A DNA stretch of 50,465 nt from a virus (taxonomy: Duplodnaviria > Caudoviricetes): positions 1 to 50,465 of the IMG/VR virus record IMGVR_UViG_3300020045_004315; one strand, written 5' to 3'. The notes below the pieces were generated by a model, which searched no databases, was not told the origin of the DNA, and worked only from the letters and a program-made list of their open reading frames with translations. This document shows positions 29,003 through 38,444 of the stretch, piece after piece. The translations under genes were made by a program, and so were the position numbers. Every line of letters starts with the position of its first letter. Position 1 is the stretch's first letter.

Positions 29003-29194
29003 ATGACAACTCTAGAAAACATCGAAAAAGCGCTAAACGAAAAATTAATATCAAACAATGACATTATGATGACAGCTTTTGACTTCGGTTTATTCTCCGT
29101 TGAAAATATTAATGACGTTAAAAAACTTAACGAAGTAGGACAAAATAATATACTAAAAGGATTAAGAAATATGTTTGCTAACCCTAAATTTTAA
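29003..29194 (+). CDS. hypothetical protein
   Basis: ORF with A-rich leader after TATATTTACATC promoter-like sequence. Confidence 0.65.
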   Translation: MTTLENIEKALNEKLISNNDIMMTAFDFGLFSVENINDVKKLNEVGQNNILKGLRNMFANPKF

Positions 29195-29198
29195 TTTT

Positions 29199-29435
29199 AT
29201 GAAATTTTCAGACAACATCGAACGGACATATTTAGAAGAAGTTTACGTTTACAGAACTGAGCAAGAAATGGAGTCGAGAGATGAGTATAACTCAAATCTT
29301 TGGAATATCCAAAAAGCTAACATTGAAGGTAAAAAGGAGTTTCATCTTTATAAAACAGTTGTTAGAGACCTTAGAATAGGAGAATCTTTTTATAATAAAG
29401 CTGGAAATGTCGAAGTATCTTATAGGGTAAATTAA
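29199..29435 (+). CDS. hypothetical protein
   Basis: ATG at 29199. Confidence 0.65.
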   Translation: MKFSDNIERTYLEEVYVYRTEQEMESRDEYNSNLWNIQKANIEGKKEFHLYKTVVRDLRIGESFYNKAGNVEVSYRVN

Positions 29436-29478
29436 TATGAACCGACAAACCGTAGTAATTTTGATTAAATAATGTAAT

Positions 29479-29652
29479 ATGAAAGCCGAAGACATCATAA
29501 ACTGGGGTAAATTATCAACCCATTTAACCGGATCGCGGCAAAACATACGGCGAAAATCGATACCGAAAAAATATGAAGATGCCGTAAATGACTATATCGA
29601 AGCAATTAAAAAAGTGATGATCAGTCAAGTCGAATTTACTAAAACCTCTTAA
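29479..29652 (+). CDS. small putative DNA-binding protein (57 aa, absent from the ORF track)
   Basis: MKAEDIINWGKLSTHLTGSRQNIRRKSIPKKY..., HTH-like and basic. Confidence 0.6.
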   Translation: MKAEDIINWGKLSTHLTGSRQNIRRKSIPKKYEDAVNDYIEAIKKVMISQVEFTKTS

Positions 29653-29727
29653 TTGAGGTTTTTATATTTACATAAAACCTCGAAAATTATATACAAGTTT
29701 TATTTAAAATTATATATCTTTGAGACT

Positions 29728-29813
29728 CTTTTAAAGCCTTGCTTCATAGTAAAACGTCAGTGGATCATAGACACTGACGGACTAACCGGAAACCGTAAAT
29801 TTCCGGTTTTTTT
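29728..29813 (+). ncRNA. candidate small RNA
   Basis: TATCTTTG -7 box at 29715-29722, perfect 8-bp hairpin at 29755-29779, then a terminator. Confidence 0.4.
29784..29813 (+). terminator. intrinsic terminator
   Basis: AACCGGAAA/TTTCCGGTT stem plus T-tract, abutting the integrase stop. Confidence 0.75.
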
Positions 29814-29814
29814 A

Positions 29815-30954
29815 TTAAAACCCAAAGTCGGCATTTCTCACCTGTTCGCTAACTGTCAACCCCATTGATCTAAGGTATATCATTGTGATTTTAATATCAG
29901 AGTGTCGGCATTGACTCATGACTACGTAAGGATCTTTTGTCGCCGTAAATAAAGCGCACACTCCCGAATGCTTAAAGGCATAGAAGCCTTTCGTTTTATC
30001 AATCTTTAATTTATTGGCTATTATCCTGAATTTATAACTGAAGAAATCAGGCTTCTTTGTTTTATCCTTGCTTACCTTGCAATACCTCCCGAATACATAC
30101 CAATCAGAAGGGAAATTCTCTAAATTCATAGACTTGACAATTGATTCCATTGCCCGTGGGATTGTTACGGATTGCTGGGTTCTATTTTTGGCACTCAGGG
30201 AGCTCACAGTAACAGTCATTTTAACAAGGTCAATGTCTTTGACCTGTAATTCTATTAATTCACTCCTACGAAGGAAGCAGAAGTAAACGAACATGCATGC
30301 AGCATAATAATGAGGATCATTTTTTTCAAATTTACTTTTCAAAAGGTCTTTTTCCATTTCACTAAAAGGAAAGTTTTTCCCGTGATCCTCCTTCAATTCT
30401 TTAATCCCTACGAACGGATTTGATTTATAGCTTTCCTGATCCCGCTCAATGATCCCGTTAAAAAACGCTTTCAAAATCCCTAATTGCGTATTATGAGATT
30501 TTCCGCTGTATTTTCGATCAACAAGCAGATAGTCGAAGTATTCCCTTGCGATTTTATTTGTAAACCTTTGAGGTAAAATATTGCCGTAACCGTGCGCTTT
30601 TAACCATTTTTGAAACATGTTTGAAATGTCGGTGTAATTTCTGACCGACTTTTTTTTCATCGATGACCGCTTAGTTTCAAGAATATTATCGAATGCCTGG
30701 CATAGCGTTATTGAAAGTTCGGGATTGGTCTGTTTTCCAGTGAAGGGATTCCAACCGTTTTTTAACAGGTCGGAATAGGCAAATCGAAGATCATTTGCGG
30801 CTGACGTTCTTTCCTTTTTGGTAAGGGATTTAATGTTCAACCCTTGCTTAAATTTAAATAGCTTGGTTTCTTCAGTTTCCGGATTAACGGCACGAAAAAA
30901 CACGAACCATTCTTGGCCCGTGTTACTGATTTTTGGTTCTGTAAATTTTATCAA
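29815..30954 (-). CDS. int: tyrosine integrase
   Basis: LRRSEL..L...DIDL, SAKN, FYAFKHS, HSD...TMIY; adjacent attP. Confidence 0.9.
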   Translation of the reverse strand: MIKFTEPKISNTGQEWFVFFRAVNPETEETKLFKFKQGLNIKSLTKKERTSAANDLRFAYSDLLKNGWNPFTGKQTNPELSITLCQAFDNILETKRSSMKKKSVRNYTDISNMFQKWLKAHGYGNILPQRFTNKIAREYFDYLLVDRKYSGKSHNTQLGILKAFFNGIIERDQESYKSNPFVGIKELKEDHGKNFPFSEMEKDLLKSKFEKNDPHYYAACMFVYFCFLRRSELIELQVKDIDLVKMTVTVSSLSAKNRTQQSVTIPRAMESIVKSMNLENFPSDWYVFGRYCKVSKDKTKKPDFFSYKFRIIANKLKIDKTKGFYAFKHSGVCALFTATKDPYVVMSQCRHSDIKITMIYLRSMGLTVSEQVRNADFGF

Positions 30955-31146
30955 TTGTTCCTTTTTTTGTTCCTTTTTATCAATTTACAAACTTCAAAAC
31001 CCTGATAAATACTGTACTTACAAAACGCCGTGCCCAGGATGAGATTGGCAAAGCAATTTATAATTATACTGATATTTAGTATTTTAAGTTTGTAATTTTC
31101 ACTAATTATATGGCTTTTGAGGCCTGTTTGTTCCTTTTTTTGTTCC
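30955..31146. other. attP: tRNA-Leu 3'-end-like core (31030-31046) with TTGTTCC arm-type repeats
   Basis: Minus strand reads AATCTCATCCTGGGCAC (T-arm 3' side plus acceptor strand); paired TTGTTCC at 30955/30967 and 31128/31140. Confidence 0.7.
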
Positions 31147-31151
31147 TGTAT

Positions 31152-31493
31152 TTAAAAGCCTTCAGCCAGCTTTCTAGCGGCCTCTTTCTTCAGTTTCTTA
31201 CGTTCAATATCAAGCTTCTTTATTTGCAAGTCGATTTTATCAACCTCTGAAAATAGCTTCGAATATCTGTCAAAATCAATTTTTGAAATAGTTTCCTTCA
31301 ATGATTCAATGTCTTTTTTACTGACAAGCTTCGAATAGTCTTCATTCATTAAAGCTGCCCTATGTTTACACACTGTTCCGTTATCAGCCGCCGCACATGT
31401 GCAATTAATTGAATTCAGGCCATTATCAAATCCGAACGTAACTTGATAAATGCTGTCAGAACTATCGCTTTTAATTGAGTAGGATTTGTTCAT
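31152..31493 (-). CDS. SWIM zinc-finger protein
   Basis: YQV.......CTC.......CKH. Confidence 0.8.
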   Translation of the reverse strand: MNKSYSIKSDSSDSIYQVTFGFDNGLNSINCTCAAADNGTVCKHRAALMNEDYSKLVSKKDIESLKETISKIDFDRYSKLFSEVDKIDLQIKKLDIERKKLKKEAARKLAEGF

Positions 31494-31603
31494 AGTTTGT
31501 GTGTTAAAAAACATTTATAAAATATCCATGAGTATTATCATCAAATTGAATAATCGTGTTATCATTATAGTCAGAAATGTAACTTTCCCAAATCTGCACA
31601 TTT

Positions 31604-32011
31604 TTATTTTTGATCCTTTGGTTTAACGATTGCTTTTTTGCTCAAAGTCAATGCTTCGCTTTTCATTTGTTCCTGTAGCTCTCGAACCTCGTTTTTATAG
31701 CCTTCAACCTTATCTTCTAATTCTTTGATCATTTTCTCATAGGTCAGGATCAGCTTATCCTTCATCATTTCCACTTCAGTTTCAAAAAACCTATCCATGT
31801 TAGTTTTTGAGGTAGTTCTATTTTTGAATTCCCTAAGGTCTATAAAAAGATTTTCGGTTATCCTTTCGATAATATCCGATTCTAAAGATGCCGCTTTACA
31901 CCATGTATTTATTGTTTGTCTGCTAACGTTTAAAGATTTTGCGGCATAGTCCTGAGTTAAGTTGTGAGCTCTCAGCGCATTCTTTAAAATTTCACCGCTT
32001 ATATTTTCCAT
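31604..32011 (-). CDS. XRE-family HTH repressor (cI-like)
   Basis: LTQDYAAKSLNVSRQTINTW; ATG at 32011; no S24 peptidase domain. Confidence 0.8.
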   Translation of the reverse strand: MENISGEILKNALRAHNLTQDYAAKSLNVSRQTINTWCKAASLESDIIERITENLFIDLREFKNRTTSKTNMDRFFETEVEMMKDKLILTYEKMIKELEDKVEGYKNEVRELQEQMKSEALTLSKKAIVKPKDQK

Positions 32012-32048
32012 AATTAAAAATAAATAAAAAATAATTGCCAAAAGACTT

Positions 32049-32079
32049 GACAAATGTCTTTACATTATTTACATTTGTC
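32049..32079. promoter_or_regulatory. operator-like inverted repeat overlapping the rightward promoter
   Basis: GACAAATGT-N13-ACATTTGTC; the right half contains TACATTTG (TAnnTTTG). Confidence 0.6.
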
Positions 32080-32148
32080 GTGTCCTTATTCAATATGTAT
32101 TTATCTAATATACGTAATTTAATTAAAAAAGTTAAAAAAATAAATAAA

Positions 32149-32385
32149 ATGGAAAATGTACTAACAGACGAACAATTAACAAAGCTTAGAGAATCAATGC
32201 CTAAAGGGTTTGCAAAAACCTTGGCAAAGAAATCGAATTGCTCTATTCCTTTTGTATGGCAGGTGTTCAAAAATGAGTCTAAGAACTTCGATTTAACCAA
32301 AAAGGTAATAACCGAAGCCTTAAAGTTAAAGACATCATTTGACACAGAGAAAGAAAAGTTAAGACAAAAAGTCGCTTTGAACTAA
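32149..32385 (+). CDS. Cro-like protein
   Basis: Divergent from the repressor; LAKKSNCSIPFVWQVF HTH-like. Confidence 0.6.
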   Translation: MENVLTDEQLTKLRESMPKGFAKTLAKKSNCSIPFVWQVFKNESKNFDLTKKVITEALKLKTSFDTEKEKLRQKVALN

Positions 32386-32402
32386 CCTTTAACAACTATC
32401 CT

Positions 32403-33152
32403 ATGAACTCAATTCAGATTTTAGATGTAAGCCACGGATTTGACTTAACAATTAATACCGATGGTGAAATGTCGAGTTTAACTGACTTATGGAGAGCTAC
32501 AGGTTCAATCGAAACAAAAGCTCCTAAATTCTGGTTAGACAATGAACAAACAAAATCTTTTATTCAGGCAGTAAGCAGATTACAAAAGGTAACCCCTGAT
32601 TACCTTATAAAAGTAAAGAGGGGTAAGGGTGGCGGAACGTGGGCTCACAAGCTTATCGTTTCAGAATATGCTCAGTATTTAAATCCTGATTTAGCGGTTT
32701 TGGTCAATCGTGTATTCTTTGAAAGAGTTGCAGAAGAAAAGAACCCTGACCTTATAGTTGATCGTGCTTTTGCTACCTACAAAAAACACGGTAAATCTGA
32801 TGAGTGGATCGGAAAGAGGCTTGAAGGTAAATATTTCAGGAATACATTCACCACAACATTGGCAGCCCACGGAGTTGATAAGGACGGTTTCAGAGATTGC
32901 ACAAACGCAATTTATAAACCATTATTTGGCGGTAAGGTTTCCGAAGTTAAAACAAAACGCAACATTCCACAGAACGCAAACTTTAGAGATACGGTTTCGG
33001 TCATTGAACTTGAAAGTATTAAATTCTCTGAATCCCTCGCTTCTGAAAAGATCAAAAAGCAAAACATTTCAGGAAATTATAATTGCGAAATGGCAAGCCT
33101 TAACGCATCGCAATTAATTGCGCAGGCTGTAAAACAATATCTAAACTCATAA
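32403..33152 (+). CDS. KilA-N domain protein (antirepressor-like)
   Basis: SLTDLWRA.G.....PKFWL, KRGKGGGTWAH......YAQYLNP. Confidence 0.85.
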   Translation: MNSIQILDVSHGFDLTINTDGEMSSLTDLWRATGSIETKAPKFWLDNEQTKSFIQAVSRLQKVTPDYLIKVKRGKGGGTWAHKLIVSEYAQYLNPDLAVLVNRVFFERVAEEKNPDLIVDRAFATYKKHGKSDEWIGKRLEGKYFRNTFTTTLAAHGVDKDGFRDCTNAIYKPLFGGKVSEVKTKRNIPQNANFRDTVSVIELESIKFSESLASEKIKKQNISGNYNCEMASLNASQLIAQAVKQYLNS

Positions 33153-33156
33153 CACA

Positions 33157-33411
33157 ATGAAAACACTACTAATTCTCATTCTTTCCCTATCCCTTTTCTC
33201 ATGCTGCCCTCAAAAGCTTAGCAGCAAGTTTGCAGTCGTCACCTCAATTGATGACATGCGTAAATTCTATGTCGTAACTGCAAGGCTTCAGGATGGCCGG
33301 ACTCTAATCAATCAGCAACCACTTGTTAATTTCTCAGCTGGCGACACGGTAAAGGTTTCTACCCTTATGAAAAACGGTTGGCTCGAGGTTAAACTTCGCA
33401 AAATAGACTAA
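33157..33411 (+). CDS. putative lipoprotein
   Basis: MKTLLILILSLSLFSC lipobox-like. Confidence 0.55.
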   Translation: MKTLLILILSLSLFSCCPQKLSSKFAVVTSIDDMRKFYVVTARLQDGRTLINQQPLVNFSAGDTVKVSTLMKNGWLEVKLRKID

Positions 33412-33511
33412 TCATGGAAACTATACTTACTGTCATCGCTCTGATCATCGGGATTCCTTTAGCATTTTATCTGATCGCAAAGTTTGCTATTTACATTTTC
33501 ACTCAAAAGCT

Positions 33512-33745
33512 ATGAATACTTACGAAAAATTAACACTTCAGGACATCATTGATCAGGAATCAAAACATGAAATAATCGAAACGCCTCACAAAGACTATTC
33601 AGATTACATGGATAGTGATGATCTCGCAAATACGGAACCCGGAAGATGGTTTCTTATTTGGCCCTTAATAGCTGGATTCATTGGCAGCGTGGTAGGTTTC
33701 TTCATTGTTTACGCAATCTTTAAAGCTTTTCACTTATGGTTTTAA
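33512..33745 (+). CDS. membrane protein
   Basis: C-terminal TM helix. Confidence 0.55.
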   Translation: MNTYEKLTLQDIIDQESKHEIIETPHKDYSDYMDSDDLANTEPGRWFLIWPLIAGFIGSVVGFFIVYAIFKAFHLWF

Positions 33746-33966
33746 AATTCCTGACACCCGAAAACGTGGATTATTACGATCTGACAAAGGATCTGTTTGA
33801 ACTTAAAATAGGTGAGCTTATGAACATGGCAATCGAAAACAATGACGAATCCTTATTCCTTGCCGGTGAAGCCAAATACATGAACCCTGAAGAGTTTAAG
33901 AATATGGAAGTACATGTACTTTGTTTTAAACCTTTGATTTATATCCCTCAACTTCATACTAATTGA
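33736..33966 (+). CDS. hypothetical protein
   Basis: ORF in the early operon. Confidence 0.55.
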   Translation: MVLKFLTPENVDYYDLTKDLFELKIGELMNMAIENNDESLFLAGEAKYMNPEEFKNMEVHVLCFKPLIYIPQLHTN

Positions 33967-33969
33967 GCC

Positions 33970-34155
33970 ATGGAAGAATTATCAATAGGAGAAACCGGAG
34001 TCGTCGGAGGCAAGACAGTGAAGTGCGTGAGAGAAATATATATGTGCGAAGGCTGTTTATTTTTTGACGACATATACGATCGGTCAATATGCGAGATAGC
34101 TCACGCCTTAAATGAAGATAAAAACGTAATTTTTGAGGAGGTAAAATCATGTTAG
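33970..34155 (+). CDS. small Cys-containing hypothetical protein
   Basis: CEGC.F...NVIFEEV. Confidence 0.6.
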   Translation: MEELSIGETGVVGGKTVKCVREIYMCEGCLFFDDIYDRSICEIAHALNEDKNVIFEEVKSC

Positions 34156-34391
34156 CAAAAGCCCTCGAACAAAACGAAACGCCAGACATGGATAATATTG
34201 TCAAATCTGCGATATCCAAAAAGGCAAAGCAATTAAGACTTGTAATCATTAGCGAACAGATTTTAATTGACATGCATAAAGAAGAACTGCAAAAACTCGA
34301 AAACGGTCTTCCCAAACCTGTAAGGCGTAATCTCAGACTTGAACGAATTGAAGCCACTAAGCAAAGGATTCTAAGCAAACAAAAAAGATAA
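34149..34391 (+). CDS. hypothetical protein
   Basis: Coupled ORF. Confidence 0.55.
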   Translation: MLAKALEQNETPDMDNIVKSAISKKAKQLRLVIISEQILIDMHKEELQKLENGLPKPVRRNLRLERIEATKQRILSKQKR

Positions 34392-34573
34392 TCATGATAA
34401 ACATCAACGAATTAACCGGAGTAATATTCATTCTCCTGGCAGTCATTCTCATCTTTTTATGTTTCAGGTATCTTTTAAAGCAACGGACTAATAATAAGGC
34501 TGAAATAAAAGATTTCGGTTACTATTTCAGGCAGTTTGAAAACAGAAAGTCACGAACATTTTAAATTAAATAA

Positions 34574-35164
34574 ATGGAACATATACGCTTTACTCATCAT
34601 GAGCCATCGTGCAGAAAAACAGACCAAAGCTTATTTTATCCGCAAGAGCAATGTAAGTCGATTATATATTATTTAAATGGCGAATATATAATTATAACCG
34701 CTTGCGAATGTGTAATGTTTACGATTTCGGGACCTGATAAATTTACATTAATTGACTTGATATTCAAGGCGAGCGATTTAAGGCATGTGCGTGTTCGAAA
34801 ATCAGAACAACTAGATAATGATTTCAAAAAATTAAGAACAAGATTACTAATCGAAGGTAGTACATGTATTCAAGTGCATAGTGTCTATGGAAGCGCAACC
34901 AGATATTACGGAATAGTAAGTGAAATTCCGGTTTTAGATGCCATAAAAATATCCTTAGGCCCAAATAGGCAAAACGAATATGAAACTACTAAAAAATACT
35001 TATATGAATGCGGTTACGACGATCTGATACCCGAAGTTGAAAGCCTTAACAGCCTGAATAAGGTATATAATCTCAATGGCGAAATAGAAATTTGTCACGT
35101 TGTGGAAGATATGGTAAAACTTATTAATAGAAAAATTAAACAATCAAAATCTAAAGTATTATGA
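34574..35164 (+). CDS. hypothetical protein
   Basis: 196 aa ORF. Confidence 0.65.
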   Translation: MEHIRFTHHEPSCRKTDQSLFYPQEQCKSIIYYLNGEYIIITACECVMFTISGPDKFTLIDLIFKASDLRHVRVRKSEQLDNDFKKLRTRLLIEGSTCIQVHSVYGSATRYYGIVSEIPVLDAIKISLGPNRQNEYETTKKYLYECGYDDLIPEVESLNSLNKVYNLNGEIEICHVVEDMVKLINRKIKQSKSKVL

Positions 35165-35391
35165 TGCCAGTAAACACTAAGTCAATGTTTGCAACACTTT
35201 GCACCTACATGGACAAGCTCGACAAAAACGAAATTGACGTAAATCAGGCAAATGCAATGTCTAAATTAATCGGACAGGCTAATAACCTATTGGTTTATGA
35301 GCTTAAACGGGCAATGCTTATGAGTAACCCCGATTTCAAAAAAGAACATAGGGTTTTAGAGTTGAAAACCTTCGATTCTCTCCCTGAATAA
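35161..35391 (+). CDS. hypothetical protein
   Basis: Coupled ORF. Confidence 0.65.
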   Translation: MMPVNTKSMFATLCTYMDKLDKNEIDVNQANAMSKLIGQANNLLVYELKRAMLMSNPDFKKEHRVLELKTFDSLPE

Positions 35392-35414
35392 TTAAACATT
35401 TTAATACTATATCT

Positions 35415-36350
35415 ATGAGTAATCAATTACAAAATGCAATCGCAAAGTTTGAGGGGAAAACGCCCGCTCAAATAGTCGAAGATCCGAACACCTCAGCAAA
35501 GTTCATTGAGCTTTACAACGGAATTCACGGATCAAAGTTAGGAGCTTCCATCTATGCAAAAGAACAATGGAACTTCTGTAAAATGGTCACAGAAAACGAG
35601 CCGCTTCAAAGGGCCACCGGTATGAGTTTATACGGTTGTTTTCTTGATGCTGCGGTGAACGGTTTGTCATTGGAACAAGGCAGCAAACCTCATTGCTATC
35701 TTTTAACCAGAAACGTGAAAACCGTAAAAGACAACAAAGAAGTATGGGAGCCACGGGCGTACATGCAGATCAGCCCTTATGGTGAACTGGTAATGAGAAT
35801 GCGAGCTGGTCAAATCAAGTATGCCGATAATCCGATCGTGATTTATGAAGGTGACGTTTTTAAAGTTCGCATTGATGAAAATGGCTCAAAGAAAGTAACC
35901 TATGAACCTGCCATTCCTCGCATATCCAAAAAGATCATCGGAGGGTATATTAAAATCACTCGAAACGATGACACAATAGACTTTCAATGGATGCTTCAGG
36001 ATGATGTTGAGAGGCTGAAAAGGTACTCGAATAAGAACAATAAAGGCACGGCTACAGATAACAAAGCGAATGCCCTTTATACTTCAAATGATGGTCAAAT
36101 TGATCCCGGTTTCTTTGAGGCGAAGATTATCAAACACGCATTCAGAAGCTATCCAAAGGTAAGAACTGGCGACTTTACGACATTAGAAAGTCAGGTTGAA
36201 GAACAGACCGCAATCGACTACGGATTAAACGAAGGTAGGCAGGATTTCACCCATGTCGAAGATGTCACTCATGACGATACCTCATTTGCCGAACCTGCCA
36301 AAACAGAAGATACACCCGGAATTCAATTTAAAAACGACGATACTTTTTAA
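35415..36350 (+). CDS. recT: RecT-family ssDNA annealing protein
   Basis: SLYGCFLDAA..GLSL, CYL, ISPYGEL..R.RAGQI......IYEGD.F, K.IKHAF..YPK. Confidence 0.85.
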   Translation: MSNQLQNAIAKFEGKTPAQIVEDPNTSAKFIELYNGIHGSKLGASIYAKEQWNFCKMVTENEPLQRATGMSLYGCFLDAAVNGLSLEQGSKPHCYLLTRNVKTVKDNKEVWEPRAYMQISPYGELVMRMRAGQIKYADNPIVIYEGDVFKVRIDENGSKKVTYEPAIPRISKKIIGGYIKITRNDDTIDFQWMLQDDVERLKRYSNKNNKGTATDNKANALYTSNDGQIDPGFFEAKIIKHAFRSYPKVRTGDFTTLESQVEEQTAIDYGLNEGRQDFTHVEDVTHDDTSFAEPAKTEDTPGIQFKNDDTF

Positions 36351-36352
36351 AA

Positions 36353-37582
36353 ATGGAAAACATACAAATAGCGCTCCCAGAAACATTCAAACCCGAAGTA
36401 TTTAAAGGGTTACTTGACAAGGCTCCATTGATCTACATGAATTCTCAGCAAAGAGCTGAAAAGGCCAAAAGCGTAGGTCAAAACCTCATTGAAATTGCCA
36501 ACGAAGAAATAAAAACCAACGGCATACTTTCAGAGGCCACAGATCAGAGATTAAACGGGTATTTGGTCAATTGCCGGACTGCAAAAGGCAACTTCAACGA
36601 AGAAAGAAGTCCAATCACTTCAATGTTCACAGCGATTGCAAAGTTATTCACAACCCTCGAAAATTCTTTGGATGTTACCAATTCAGAAACCGTGCCCGGA
36701 AAGATTCAGGTTATAAGAAATGCCCGTGCCAAACAGGTAGCCGAAGAAGCCCAAAAGGCCGAAAAGGAAAGGCAAAGGAAACTTTTGATCGACAAAGAAA
36801 GGATCGAGGTTCAGACTCAAATCGAAAGTCAGTTAAGGCTTCATTTCAACAATTATTTGGCATCGCAAAAGACTGCAGTCAATAAGGGATTTGAAGAAAT
36901 GACTTTGGAAAACTCGCAGGCGTATGCTGAAAAGTTGAAAGCCTGGAATCCGGTTTATAATCAAAAGCATTTTGAAGAATTCAGGGCAAATGTCTTTACA
37001 AATTACCTGACACCCGAAGAACTTCAATCCGTCACTTTAGACGCCAAAGCCGGAAAGTTTGACCAGTTTAATGAAGAGTTTAAAACACAACTTTCGAGTT
37101 TGAAGTCCGACATCCTTGATCACATTCCTTCCAAATATCGGGAATTGCAGCAAATAGCGAACGCAAACAAGATCGATGCCGAATTGCTCATCGCACAGCA
37201 AAAACAACGTGAGGCAGATGCCGCAAAGAAACTCGAAGAAGATCAAAAAGCAGCGAACGCAAAAGCCCTGCAAGAATCCGAAACTCAAAAGCAAGTTTTG
37301 CAGGCCAATCTTCAATTTGATTCACAGGTTGCCGTAACTGAAACACCGGCGCAAATCAAAGAAGGGTATGAAATTGAGGTAACTCATGCATCCGGGTATA
37401 TGCAATTGGTGGCTTTTTACTTTGAAAAAGAAGGATTGAAAGAACCGATTGACATCCTTGGCAAAAAGACACTTACTCAAATGAAAACCTTTGCCGAAAA
37501 GTGGGCGCTAAAGAATGAAGAAAAGATCACTTCGGCATTCTTGAAATACAAGGAGACTTATAAAGCGATTGCTAAAAAGTAA
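36353..37582 (+). CDS. coiled-coil hypothetical protein of the recombination module
   Basis: Long helical ORF between RecT and the exonuclease. Confidence 0.75.
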   Translation: MENIQIALPETFKPEVFKGLLDKAPLIYMNSQQRAEKAKSVGQNLIEIANEEIKTNGILSEATDQRLNGYLVNCRTAKGNFNEERSPITSMFTAIAKLFTTLENSLDVTNSETVPGKIQVIRNARAKQVAEEAQKAEKERQRKLLIDKERIEVQTQIESQLRLHFNNYLASQKTAVNKGFEEMTLENSQAYAEKLKAWNPVYNQKHFEEFRANVFTNYLTPEELQSVTLDAKAGKFDQFNEEFKTQLSSLKSDILDHIPSKYRELQQIANANKIDAELLIAQQKQREADAAKKLEEDQKAANAKALQESETQKQVLQANLQFDSQVAVTETPAQIKEGYEIEVTHASGYMQLVAFYFEKEGLKEPIDILGKKTLTQMKTFAEKWALKNEEKITSAFLKYKETYKAIAKK

Positions 37583-37584
37583 CA

Positions 37585-37782
37585 ATGGAAAAGGTAAGTA
37601 AGAATTGCTACAAAGGAGAGGAAATCTCAAATCTCATGGATTTAATGAGGCTTGCAAATGAAGGTAAGTCTGTCTATGTGCCAAATTGGGGAGTTAAACC
37701 GGCAGCCGTAATAATTTCCATGAGGTTTAGAGATATAGCTTACCTGGTAACTACAAAACAAATATTCTATATCTACAAATGA
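37585..37782 (+). CDS. hypothetical protein
   Basis: Coupled ORF. Confidence 0.55.
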   Translation: MEKVSKNCYKGEEISNLMDLMRLANEGKSVYVPNWGVKPAAVIISMRFRDIAYLVTTKQIFYIYK

Positions 37783-38444
37783 AAGATAGTTATTACGACA
37801 GAGACGAAGTTTCAAACAGCGACCTGTCAGCGCTTAAGAAGTATTTCTATCCTGACATTCTTGACATCGATCCAACTAATGCTTATAGGTTCGGAAATCT
37901 CATAGATGCAATGCTTACAGAACCAGCAAAGCTCGACTATTACAAACGAACGGTTGATGATTATGAACAACCTTTCACGGTCGAACAATGGGAGCAAGCT
38001 ACGGCCATGAAAAAGGCATTTAGAAAAGATCCTTTTTGCTTTCAACTTCTGATGCTTGCTGAGTTTCAAAAGGTATTTGCAAAGGATGTAAATCTGAACT
38101 ACGGGAATTTACCCTTTTCACTTCGGATGAGATGCAAGTTTGATTTGTGGATGCCATCGCTAAAATGGGGAGGTGACATAAAATCAACCGCCGCAACCAA
38201 TCAAAGACAGTTCGAAGATGCTTGTTATCATTTTTCATACAACCGTCAAAGAGCTGTTTACATGACCCTGTCAGGAGCCGAAAAGGATGTCATAATAGGC
38301 ATTTCAAAAGTAAACTTCAAAATATTCAAAATCACCATTACCCGAAACGATGAGTTTTTCAAATCAGGAATGGAAGAGTTTACAGACCTCGCGTTCAAAT
38401 ATTGGAGCCTGTTCCACGAATTTAACCTAAAAACAGCATGTTAG
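37779..38444 (+). CDS. PD-(D/E)XK exonuclease (RecE/DUF3799-like)
   Basis: VSNSDLS, FG.L.DA.LTEP, RCKFD......GDIKST, Y.RQ.A.Y. Confidence 0.8.
   Translation: MKDSYYDRDEVSNSDLSALKKYFYPDILDIDPTNAYRFGNLIDAMLTEPAKLDYYKRTVDDYEQPFTVEQWEQATAMKKAFRKDPFCFQLLMLAEFQKVFAKDVNLNYGNLPFSLRMRCKFDLWMPSLKWGGDIKSTAATNQRQFEDACYHFSYNRQRAVYMTLSGAEKDVIIGISKVNFKIFKITITRNDEFFKSGMEEFTDLAFKYWSLFHEFNLKTAC

Noticed and set aside
29653-29868. 71 aa ORF over the sRNA candidate
   Set aside because: TTG start, runs through a terminator and overlaps the integrase end
31000-31110. Complete tRNA gene
   Set aside because: Only ~17 nt of a 3' end is present, with no D or anticodon arm; treated as the att core
31992-32345. 117 aa minus-strand ORF across the genetic switch
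   Set aside because: Antisense to the Cro-like gene and spans the operator region
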